This document shows positions 16,662-24,000 of a DNA stretch of 24,000 nt, piece after piece. Made by a program: the position numbers and the translations under genes. The stretch comes from Bryobacterales bacterium (GTDB taxonomy: Bacteria > Acidobacteriota > Terriglobia > Bryobacterales > UBA6623), in contig OY764148.2 in the NCBI GenBank assembly GCA_963667885.2, positions 988,221 through 1,012,220 on the forward strand, in the 5' to 3' direction. The notes beneath the pieces were generated by a model. The model was not told where the DNA came from, searched no databases, and was given only the letters and a program-made list of their open reading frames with translations. Within the stretch, counting starts at the first letter, position 1. Each line of letters starts with the position of its first letter.

Positions 16662-17258
16662 CTAGCGGCGTGCTTGGCGTGCAGCGTCCATGAAGCTGCC
16701 CACGTCCATCGCTCGCTGGACAGTGATGTCACCGGCAGCCACGCCGACGGCGTCAGGCTCAACGGTACGAGACGCACGCATCAAACGCGACTCCCGGACA
16801 CCGACCACAAGATGGCGTTCGTGGTCGCTAATCGTCGTCGAACCATCTGTTGAACTTGTCTCGACATGAAACACGCCCTGCCATAGCCCCACGGTCGGAC
16901 CGAGAAGGCTGTCTGGTGTTTCGGTCAAGAAAAGCACGAGCCCGTCGCCCACGGAAAACCGCGGCATACCCTGAATGTAGGTGCTTTCATCGTCAAGTTA
17001 GCCACCGACCATACGGAACGCGTAGTCGGTCCCAATCAACTCCTGCGGCACCGCCTCCGAGGCACGAATGGTGACGGTTGAGTAGATATATCCGTTAGGA
17101 TCGCGGTCAGCGAGGGTGCTGACGACTTCGCCGGATATCGCTGTATCGGACGCACGGCTAAGTTGATCAAAGCTGACCTCAATAACGCTTGAAGCGTCCA
17201 ACCGCCCTGCAGCGGAAAAGAGGACAAGAGCAACCAGAAGATTCTTGATGAGTTTCAT
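16662..17258 (-). pseudogene. Exported hypothetical protein interrupted by an in-frame TAA
   Basis: ATG 17258 opens the signal peptide MKLIKNLLVALVLFSAAG. The frame reads ...YAFRMVGG, TAA (16998-17000), then continues in the same frame as LDDESTYIQGMPRFSVGDGLVLFL...GPTVGLWQGVFHV to the stop at 16662-16664. The second half is also reported as track ORF 16662-16967. Confidence 0.5.
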
Positions 17259-17278
17259 GTCGACTATCTCTTTCTCGC

Positions 17279-18569
17279 CTACTGCACGGTGACGTTGGAA
17301 GTACTCGAGTCGACGCCAATGCCCACCGTGATCGGAACACGGCCGCTGACGCCCTCCGGAACGATGATGTTCGCCTGACCTACGCCGGCGAGGCCCGGAG
17401 CCATCGCCCGCAAGGGTCGTTGGCAAAGGAAATGAGGTCGCTTGAGCCGTTTCGGTGGAGAACTTGTCGCCGTACAGCGTAATCAACGAGCCCGGAGCCA
17501 GATCACCTGAGCTTGAGTTCGCGCCATTGACCGCACCCTCGCTAGTTAGCTGGGGAAAGTCCTCTTCGGTGATCTCGGGAACAACCGTGAGGTCCACCGC
17601 GATCACCGCAGGAGGTTCCGGCATGCCGTCGGATGAAATAGAGACCGTTGCCGTGTAATCGCCGAGGCCCAATCCTGCGTGATCGATCAAGACCTCAATG
17701 TGCTGTTGGGAATCGAATAGGCCGGTTCGGGGTTCGGTCCTCACCCACGGTTCTGACGCCGCAGCCGTCCAGCGCTGGCCCTCCTGCCCGAATATGTGAG
17801 CCTCTTGCCCGAAGGGCGCCAAGCCGCCTTCGGCCGCATCGAAATGCATCGTCTGCTCGCGCTCCCAAATCCGGATGGACGGCTCGCTGCCGGTCGGATA
17901 GAGGAAGCGAACGCCCTCCATCTCGGAACTCGATAGATCTTGACGAACCTCTTGCAAGTCGACGACCGACTCCATGACAGTTCGACCGACTACGCAGTTA
18001 TCGTTGTGGTCGAGGCCGAGCGAATGACCCAGTTCATGCATCAATACCGTTTCGAAGTCGATCTCACCCGAGGTCAGATCGACGCCGTAAGGAATCGCGG
18101 GGTTAAAGAAAATATCGGAATCCTTGATGCCCCTGATCAGCGAGGCGTCTTTCGAGATCAGCGTCACGGCAAGAGTGGTTGCCCAGAAATCGATGACTCC
18201 GCCGCCCGGTCCCAATCGAGTGTGGGGGGGGAGGTGAGGAAGGGCATCCAAACGTGTCCAGATCGGTCTTATAGGTAACACCATGGCGAGATGCCATGGA
18301 AGGAGACGTGTCGGTTGGAAGAACGCAAGAGATTCATTGAAGACTGGCTGCGAGCGATTCGCGGTCACGAAGTTCCCTTGGAATCTCTGGTCGATCAATA
18401 CGTCGAAGCTCGGGATCGCCTTCGGCCCAATTTCGTTTGGATAGCCAATCACCGCGAAGTTTCCCGGCTTTCAAGCTTCTACCGGTGGCTGATCGAGGAT
18501 CTGCGCCTCAACCAACGATGGGGATAGAAGAATTATTGTCAGTAGGATCCAGCTGGTCCGATTCATCAT
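17279..18569 (-). pseudogene. Secreted metzincin (matrixin-like) zinc protease, degraded
   Basis: ATGATG at 18569 opens the signal peptide MMNRTSWILLTIILLSPSLVEA, followed by an in-frame TGA at 18471-18473. The same frame continues through an IS scar (18261-18356) into HELGHSLGLDH. Near 17395-17405 the recognisable sequence shifts to the +1 frame (APGLAGVGQANIIVPEGVSGRVPITVGIGVDSSTSNVTVQ, stop 17279-17281). The 484-aa track ORF 16998-18452 is a read-through chimera. Confidence 0.7.
18261..18356 (+). mobile_element. Solo end fragment of the IS481-family element (right end plus first 22 transposase codons)
   Basis: Reverse-complement match to 6067-6162. It comprises the terminal unit GATCGGTCTTATAGGTAACAC, 37 bp identical (18271-18307), an 8-nt divergent patch (GTGTCGGT vs CTATCCGA) and 41 bp identical (18316-18356). 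Homology ends abruptly at 18357. Confidence 0.9.
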
Positions 18570-18615
18570 GACGCCGCTCAGGAAACTGTCGTACCACGCG
18601 ATCCGCTAGGGAGCG

Positions 18616-18650
18616 CAAAACTATAGGAGCCCGCAAAAGCGCGGTCCTCC
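18616..18650 (-). terminator. Possible terminator downstream of the LOG-like gene
   Basis: Minus strand reads GGAG-GA-CCGC GCTTTT GCGG-G-CTCC followed by TATAGTTTTG. The stem is interrupted and lies 113 nt after the stop codon. Confidence 0.3.
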
Positions 18651-18762
18651 ACGCGTATTCAACGATAGTGACCCCGAGAAACACCCTCCGCTATTTCTAG
18701 GATTCTCCCCCTCCCAATTCGCCTTAGCCAGAACCTGAGACCGCTGGACTTCGCCTAAGCCC

Positions 18763-19326
18763 TTATAAATGAATTAGTTTCCGGCGAAGCACGGACTCGA
18801 CTTCCGCCAGGTCGCGTGCTACAGGACACTCCACCGGTAGCCCCGGCAGTTCCGTGCCCTGTTCGAGCCAAGCCAGCACCGGCTTGCGGTAGCGAAGAGC
18901 CAACTGGACCTCGCTCAGGGTCCCCTCACCACCGGGAAGCACGACCAAGATGTCAGAGCTCAAGACGTTGATGTGGTTGCGAGAGCCAGGGTCGCGGCCA
19001 GCTGCGCCGCTCAAGGGCAAGTGGGTCGCAATCGGAATCTCCACCCACAGATTGGGGTAGCCGTCGCGGCCCGAAGGAAGAATGCCGATCGGGCTCCCAC
19101 GGCGCTCCTCGCACCCAACGAACGCGCGCGTCACTGATGCCATTACGCCGCCACCGCCACCGGTCAACAAATGAACGTCCAGTCCTGCGAGCAGCCGCCC
19201 TAACGGCTCGGCTCGGTCAGGCCACTCATCGGACCCCGATCCCATGACCCCGACAATTGGATGTCTTTGTAACAGCAACTGATCGATCACCCGCGGAGCT
19301 GCCAGCACAGTGTAAGTTATAGGCAT
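18763..19326 (-). CDS. LOG / TIGR00725-family (SLOG-type Rossmann) protein
   Basis: IVGVMGSGS...LLTGGGGGVMASV...GILP...VVLPGGEGTLSEV (the PGGxGTxxE motif). ATG 19326 is chosen as the start, with GTG 19290 as the alternative. The 228-aa track ORF extends spuriously upstream. Confidence 0.75.
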   Translation of the reverse strand: MPITYTVLAAPRVIDQLLLQRHPIVGVMGSGSDEWPDRAEPLGRLLAGLDVHLLTGGGGGVMASVTRAFVGCEERRGSPIGILPSGRDGYPNLWVEIPIATHLPLSGAAGRDPGSRNHINVLSSDILVVLPGGEGTLSEVQLALRYRKPVLAWLEQGTELPGLPVECPVARDLAEVESVLRRKLIHL

Positions 19327-20722
19327 GACCCCGGAAGAAGTAGCCGAGGCGGTTGAAGAGATCCGCCGCCGGGTCCGGCGACGACACAAGAAAGCTGCCG
19401 ATGCAGAGATCGAGCCTCCAGTGCAGCTGTCGGTGACACCGCTCACCATCGCCCGAGACGTCGTGGAGGCGCGTTCGAGCTACATCGGCCGCGTCAATCC
19501 CCGTAGCGGCGGTTGGGTCAACGGCGTTATTCAAAAAGGTAAGCGCGGAATCGCCCACGGACTCGGTTGGATGGTCCGAGGCCAGATCGAATTCAACCAG
19601 GCCGTCGTCAACTATATGGACCAGAACGATCGCGTCATGGTCGAGCAGAACGCGACGGCATACGAGACGATGCAAGACATCGCCGACGTTCGCAAAGCCC
19701 AAATCTGGATGGAAGAGCTGAGGGAAGCGCATACCAAGATGGAGATGCGTACACTCCAGATTCTTCGTACCGTCGAGGCGTCTGGTCGGCGACGCGACGA
19801 GCTATTTCAGGAAGAACGCGTCCAATTTCAGCAAGAACGCGTCGCAATGCACAAGGACTACAAGCAGGCCCTAAGTGCTGCCAGCAAGCAGATTCAAGAG
19901 CGACTGTGGGGCGACTTGGATCAACTCAAAGTCGAGCACGAGAGGCAGATCCACACCGAACTTCGCACCATCCGTAGAAAGCTTGCCGCGGCTGGTGGCG
20001 ATTCGATCGCGCGGTCTGTCGGAACCGCCGTGGCCTCCGCACCACCTCCGCCAGCTCCACCAGCCGAGTCCTTCGACTACGCCTCATTTGAAGAGCGGTT
20101 TCGCGGCGATGAACAGTACGTTTCAGGCAGCCAAGAGTTCTACCTTCCCTACTTTGCAAATCTGTCGAAGGTTGTCGACCTCGGATGCGGCAGAGGTGAG
20201 TTCCTCGCCGAACTTGCCTCCCGCGGAGTCGAGGTCCTAGGGGTCGACCTCGACACGACGGCCCTAGCGGCATGCCGCGAGAAGAACCTGCCAGTCGAGC
20301 AGGCCGATATCTTTGAGTTCCTAGGCCGTCAGGCAGATGGGTCTTGGGCCGGGATCATGTGCGCTCACGTGATTGAGCATCTACCGCCCCTGCAGCTCCA
20401 GGAGTTGACGGACCTCTGCTACAGCAAGCTACGTCCGGGCGGAATCCTCGCCTGCGAGACGCCGAATCCGGGCTGCCTCGCGATCTTCGCGGGCGATTTC
20501 TACCTCGATCCGACGCACCGCTCACCCATACCGGCCGGTCGCATGAACTTCCACCTCAAAGAGTCTGGCTTCTCGTCGATCGAGACGGTCGAGCGACACC
20601 CCGCCCCGGAAGTCTTCTCAGAACTACGTGCTCTGGACGACATGCCACAGACCGCCGCCTTCCGGCAGAGGTTCTTTGGCGGCCTAGACTATGCGATCAT
20701 CGCCCGTAAGCCAGCGGAGTGA
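19325..20722 (+). CDS. Class I SAM-dependent methyltransferase with a ~270-aa N-terminal coiled-coil region
   Basis: C-terminal half: FEERFRG...YLPYF...VVDLGCGRGEFLAEL...GVDLD...AHVIEHLP...LRPGGILACETPNP...DPTHRSPI. The N-terminal half is heptad-rich and charged (EELREAHTKMEMRTLQILR...). Confidence 0.85.
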   Translation: MTPEEVAEAVEEIRRRVRRRHKKAADAEIEPPVQLSVTPLTIARDVVEARSSYIGRVNPRSGGWVNGVIQKGKRGIAHGLGWMVRGQIEFNQAVVNYMDQNDRVMVEQNATAYETMQDIADVRKAQIWMEELREAHTKMEMRTLQILRTVEASGRRRDELFQEERVQFQQERVAMHKDYKQALSAASKQIQERLWGDLDQLKVEHERQIHTELRTIRRKLAAAGGDSIARSVGTAVASAPPPPAPPAESFDYASFEERFRGDEQYVSGSQEFYLPYFANLSKVVDLGCGRGEFLAELASRGVEVLGVDLDTTALAACREKNLPVEQADIFEFLGRQADGSWAGIMCAHVIEHLPPLQLQELTDLCYSKLRPGGILACETPNPGCLAIFAGDFYLDPTHRSPIPAGRMNFHLKESGFSSIETVERHPAPEVFSELRALDDMPQTAAFRQRFFGGLDYAIIARKPAE

Positions 20723-21660
20723 TGGAATTTACAGGCGAGCGAGTCATACCGGGGAAAACCGATCCCGATCTCTTCAACGAGCATCTGGCCCGTTACCGAT
20801 TTGCGGAGACCCTCGCCAGCGGGCGTAGAGTGCTCGACGCAGGTTGTGGTGCAGGTTATGGTACCGCCCTGCTCGCCGAACGAGCCGAATCCGCCTGCGG
20901 CATTGACCAATCGCAAGAGACAGTGCGATGGGCCAAAAATGAGTACGGTGAAGACAAGGCTTCCTTCACTCAAGCCGACTGCTCCGCATTCCCCTTCCGA
21001 GACGGCTCGTTTGATCTCGTTACCGCCTTTGAAATTATCGAGCACCTACCCGACTGGAAAGGACTGCTTCTCGAATCACGCCGCGTACTGACCGACAACG
21101 GTCAACTCTTGGTCTCTACTCCCAACCGGCTCTACTCGGAAGAGTCTCGTGCAGAACCGAACGAATTCCACGTGCACGAATTCGACCACGCCGAGTTCAA
21201 GCAGGAGCTAGAAAGCGTCTTCCCTCACGTCACGATGTTCTTTGAGAATCATACGCAAGCCATCGCGTTTCAAACGCCCGACCTGCAAGGTGTTCGTACT
21301 GTGATGGGAGGGGGGCCGCCAGAACCGGCGGATGCGCACTTCTTCTTCGCGGTTTGCTCCGGGCAACCCCAATTCGGAGCCCCAGCGTTCCTTTACGTGC
21401 CGACCACCGGCAACGTCCTGAAGGACCGCGAGCAGCACGTCGCCCTGCTAGAACAAGAAGTGAAGACCAAGTCCGCATGGCTCGACAAGGCCACCAGGGA
21501 GCTTGAGGCTTTCAGCAAGATAAACCTAGAAATGGAGGCCGAGTTAGCGGACAAGATCGCCTGGGCACGTTCTCGCGACGAAGAGATCACGCAAGCCGCA
21601 GCGAAGATCGATGAACTTGAGGCTCGTGTCGAAGAGATCGCGAGCGCACGTCGCTGCTAG
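20722..21660 (+). CDS. Class I SAM-dependent methyltransferase with C-terminal coiled coil, prematurely terminated at a duplication junction
   Basis: ATG 20722 overlaps the upstream TGA (TGATG). VLDAGCGAGYGTALLA...FDLVTAFEIIEHLPD...LTDNGQLLVSTPN. The coiled coil starts near 21420. The TAG at 21658-21660 is created by the out-of-frame second repeat copy. Confidence 0.75.
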   Translation: MEFTGERVIPGKTDPDLFNEHLARYRFAETLASGRRVLDAGCGAGYGTALLAERAESACGIDQSQETVRWAKNEYGEDKASFTQADCSAFPFRDGSFDLVTAFEIIEHLPDWKGLLLESRRVLTDNGQLLVSTPNRLYSEESRAEPNEFHVHEFDHAEFKQELESVFPHVTMFFENHTQAIAFQTPDLQGVRTVMGGGPPEPADAHFFFAVCSGQPQFGAPAFLYVPTTGNVLKDREQHVALLEQEVKTKSAWLDKATRELEAFSKINLEMEAELADKIAWARSRDEEITQAAAKIDELEARVEEIASARRC

Positions 21661-21839
21661 AACAAGAAGTGAAGACCAAGTCCGCATGGCTCGACAAGGC
21701 CACCAGGGAGCTTGAGGCTTTCAGCAAGATAAACCTAGAAATGGAGGCCGAGTTAGCGGACAAGATCGCCTGGGCACGTTCTCGCGACGAAGAGATCACG
21801 CAAGCCGCAGCGAAGATCGATGAACTTGAGGCTCGTGTC
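21445..21839. repeat. Tandem duplication: two identical 186-bp copies (21445-21630 and 21654-21839), period 209 bp
   Basis: Base-by-base comparison of the two stretches (CTGCTAGAACAAGAAGTGAAGACC...GAGGCTCGTGTC) shows identity. The 23-bp junction GAAGAGATCGCGAGCGCACGTCG is a chimera of sequence found after copy 2 and before copy 1. Confidence 0.95.
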
Positions 21840-21962
21840 ATCGAGCGCACGGCGTGGGCCAAACGCGCACAAGAGCAACTCGATAAGACCTGGGGATGGA
21901 GGGCATATCGGCTCGCCCGCAAGTTGGGCATCGCGCCGGTGCCGCCCGACCCCAAGAGCTAG
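21669..21962 (+). pseudogene. Displaced 3' part of the preceding methyltransferase gene (repeat copy 2 plus the original C-terminus, now out of frame)
   Basis: The 97-aa ORF repeats KTKSAWLDKATRELEAFSKINLEMEAELADKIAWARSRDEEITQAAAKIDELEARV and continues IERTAWAKRAQEQLDKTWGWRAYRLARKLGIAPVPPDPKS. It might still be translated from ATG 21669. Confidence 0.5.
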
Positions 21963-22008
21963 CCGAACATCCTTTGCTTGGCGCCCTCAGTAAGATAGGG
22001 GTAGCCCT

Positions 22009-22383
22009 GTGACCTGCTACTCCAACCTGAAGGACGCCGTTCTCGACCTCGATCCGCTGCTGATCCGAACCCTCGGGGCGTTCTCCATTGACGACCACGA
22101 CGACGACTATCTCGTCACGTTTCGGTTCATGATCTATGGCCAGCACTTGGAGCGTCCGTCAGACGTCGATCAGTGCCCTGACACCCGTGTCTTGCTGGAT
22201 GGCAAGCTCGATCTCGAACGCGAAATCGCCGACCTCGACGAATGTGAAATTCTAGGCTCACTCAACGCAGCCCTAGTAACCGCTGGCTTTGAGGAGAGCA
22301 CATCCCAAGCTCCACGATGGGTCGTCAAGACTCACGCCGGATCCCAAGGCGAACGCATCGAGTGGCGCAACTCGATCGTTTAA
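22009..22383 (+). CDS. Hypothetical small acidic protein
   Basis: 124-aa ORF with a GTG start and AGGGG about 7 nt upstream. I recognise no family. Support comes only from ORF length and the lack of competing ORFs. Confidence 0.4.
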   Translation: MTCYSNLKDAVLDLDPLLIRTLGAFSIDDHDDDYLVTFRFMIYGQHLERPSDVDQCPDTRVLLDGKLDLEREIADLDECEILGSLNAALVTAGFEESTSQAPRWVVKTHAGSQGERIEWRNSIV

Positions 22384-22407
22384 CTTTAAATCCCTTAGAA
22401 TGGTGCG

Positions 22408-23940
22408 ATGCCGAACTTCGTCGTGGAGTTCTTCGAAGGGCTGGGCCTTCCCCGCGCCCTTGTCGACGTGCTGGTCTTGCCCCTGTTGGCCGCCCTGGTC
22501 ATCTGGGTCCTTCGTCTAGTCTTCCTACGTGCGATCAAGAAACGCTTTCGTCGGCCTCAAGATCTCAGACGCTGGCGTCGCATATCCGTCTACGTTGCGC
22601 TGGTCGCGGCGGGTCTCATTTTCTGGCAGATTTGGCTCACCAGTCTAGAGCAGCTCGCTCTCCTCGTCGCAGCACTCACTGAGCTTGAGTCCAGCACGAC
22701 GCTGGATTGGCTGAACGCTACACTCGCCGTCTTCTTCTCGACCGTCGCACTGATTCTAGTCATCTCGATTCTGCGTGCCATCCGTAGGGCCCTGATGGTT
22801 CGCCTCCGAGCCTGGTCGATATTTGCGAAGTCCGTTCGATTTCAGCGCCTGGACGTACTGACTCCAGCGCGAGTACGTGATGGTGTCAGCGGGGTCATTC
22901 GAGCGCTGTACTTCCTGTTACTGTGGGCATCCGTCGGCCTCTACGTATTGACTGTTCTTGAGGCATACCCCGGCACAGCGCAATTCAGCGGCGGGCTTCT
23001 CCGTTACTTCGCAGCAGCCGCACTGGATATTGGGACTGCGTTCGTCGACTATCTACCCAACCTCGCCTACCTGGTAGTTATCTTTTTCGTGGCACGGTAC
23101 TCCCTCAAGCTGATGCGTTTCCTTTTGGAGGCTACCGGTAGAGGAGACTTATCCTTCCCGGGGTTTGACCGGGAGTGGGCCGAGCCAACTTACAAGTTGG
23201 GCCGGGTTGTTTTGATTCTCTTCACCGTCATGGTGAGCTACCCCTACCTGCCTGCCGCGCAGTCGGACTTATTTCAAGGGTTCTCCATATTCCTTGGAGC
23301 GCTGGTCACCCTCGGTTCGACGGCTATCGTCGGCAACGTCATCTCCGGGATCGTCCTCACTTACACAGGCTCGTTTCGTATTGGCGATCGCGTCCGAATC
23401 GGCAGTATCACGGGCAACGTTCTTGAGAAAACGCTCTTCGTCACTCGCATGCGAACCGTAGAAAACGAAATCGTTTCCATCCCCAACGGCATCGTGCTGA
23501 CTGGCTCGGTAACCAACTACGCACGGTTGGCCAAAGATAAGAGCCTCATTCTGACCGTGCGAGTCGGCATCGGCTACGACGTACCCAGAAGCAAAGTCCA
23601 TGAGCTCCTGCTTGCCGCAGCCGCGAAGACGGAAGGAATCGTTCCCAATCCCCCCACCGCTGTATGGCAGATCAGCCTCGACGACTACGCCGTTACCTAC
23701 GAACTACGCGCCGCAACTAGTCGTCCTGTAAGAATGGCCGTGGTGCGGTCTGATCTCAACGGTCATGTCCTCGACGCCTTCAACGAGGCGGGCATTGAGA
23801 TCATGACTCCAGACGTTCAGAATTTGCGCGACGGCTCGTCGCCCGCTATTCCAGCTGAGTACGACCCTCCGCCGGGACCGGTCGCCAAACTACGCGTCGA
23901 CCTCAAGAACGCAGCCGATGCGCTACGTACGTCGCGATAA
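22408..23940 (+). CDS. Mechanosensitive ion channel, MscS family (multi-TM N-terminal extension)
   Basis: 510 aa with several N-terminal TM helices. MscS core: FLGALVTLGSTAIVGNVISGIVLTYTGSFRIGDRVRIGSITGNVLEKTLFVTRMRTVENEIVSIPNG...NY. Confidence 0.9.
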   Translation: MPNFVVEFFEGLGLPRALVDVLVLPLLAALVIWVLRLVFLRAIKKRFRRPQDLRRWRRISVYVALVAAGLIFWQIWLTSLEQLALLVAALTELESSTTLDWLNATLAVFFSTVALILVISILRAIRRALMVRLRAWSIFAKSVRFQRLDVLTPARVRDGVSGVIRALYFLLLWASVGLYVLTVLEAYPGTAQFSGGLLRYFAAAALDIGTAFVDYLPNLAYLVVIFFVARYSLKLMRFLLEATGRGDLSFPGFDREWAEPTYKLGRVVLILFTVMVSYPYLPAAQSDLFQGFSIFLGALVTLGSTAIVGNVISGIVLTYTGSFRIGDRVRIGSITGNVLEKTLFVTRMRTVENEIVSIPNGIVLTGSVTNYARLAKDKSLILTVRVGIGYDVPRSKVHELLLAAAAKTEGIVPNPPTAVWQISLDDYAVTYELRAATSRPVRMAVVRSDLNGHVLDAFNEAGIEIMTPDVQNLRDGSSPAIPAEYDPPPGPVAKLRVDLKNAADALRTSR

Positions 23941-24000
23941 GCAGCCGTAGGAGTCTGTCTCTTCGGCGACCATTCTTGTCCGCGGGAAGGCCGAATTTGT

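Noticed and set aside
16998-18452. Treating the 484-aa track ORF as one intact protein.
   Set aside because: It contains an antisense-read IS fragment, about 40 residues of out-of-frame Arg/His-rich sequence, and the signal peptide and N-terminal half of the downstream gene. It is a chimera produced by open reading through lesions.
19327-19449. N-terminal 41-aa extension of the LOG-like ORF (track start 19449).
   Set aside because: It overlaps the methyltransferase gene and its translation is Cys/Ser/Arg-rich. LOG-family homology starts just before IVGVMGSG.
1-24000. Search for tRNA, rRNA, tmRNA, RNase P or SRP RNA signatures and for CRISPR-like regularly spaced repeats.
   Set aside because: I found no T-loop or acceptor-like motifs, no conserved rRNA/RNase P/SRP blocks, and no arrays of short direct repeats with spacers. 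The only tandem repeat is the 209-bp duplication at 21.4-21.8 kb.

Overview
High-GC bacterial chromosomal window. A Ser/Thr kinase fused to a TolB-like propeller and a Solibacter-type C-terminal tail on a secreted protease hint at an Acidobacteriota-like organism, but that is inference only. Most of the window is housekeeping: cysE (3' part), an OsmC-family gene, prolyl oligopeptidase, a dnaK-dnaJ-hspR heat-shock operon (no grpE) with a near-consensus sigma70 promoter, modB-modC-thiE, a Gcw_chp-like outer-membrane barrel, a 909-aa membrane Ser/Thr kinase, a LOG/TIGR00725-like protein, two coiled-coil SAM methyltransferases and an MscS-family channel. The accessory part lies at about 3.2-6.2 kb. 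It holds a translationally coupled gene pair directly abutted by an intact IS481-family element. One gene encodes a TcmP-like protein (three-Cys-motif partner, with amino-methyltransferase-like motifs). The other encodes a Gp37/Gp68 (DUF5131) protein with a C-x6-C-x2-C motif. This pair is the best candidate for an uncharacterised system. Four other points stand out. A 96-bp solo end of the same IS sits 12 kb away inside a degraded metzincin gene that also carries an in-frame TGA and a frameshifting deletion. The neighbouring exported-protein gene has an in-frame TAA. The second methyltransferase gene is broken by a 209-bp-period tandem duplication (186 bp identical) with a chimeric junction. 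Two long non-coding stretches (12124-12469 and 16140-16661) are rich in hairpins and palindromes. I recognised no rRNA, tRNA or CRISPR array.
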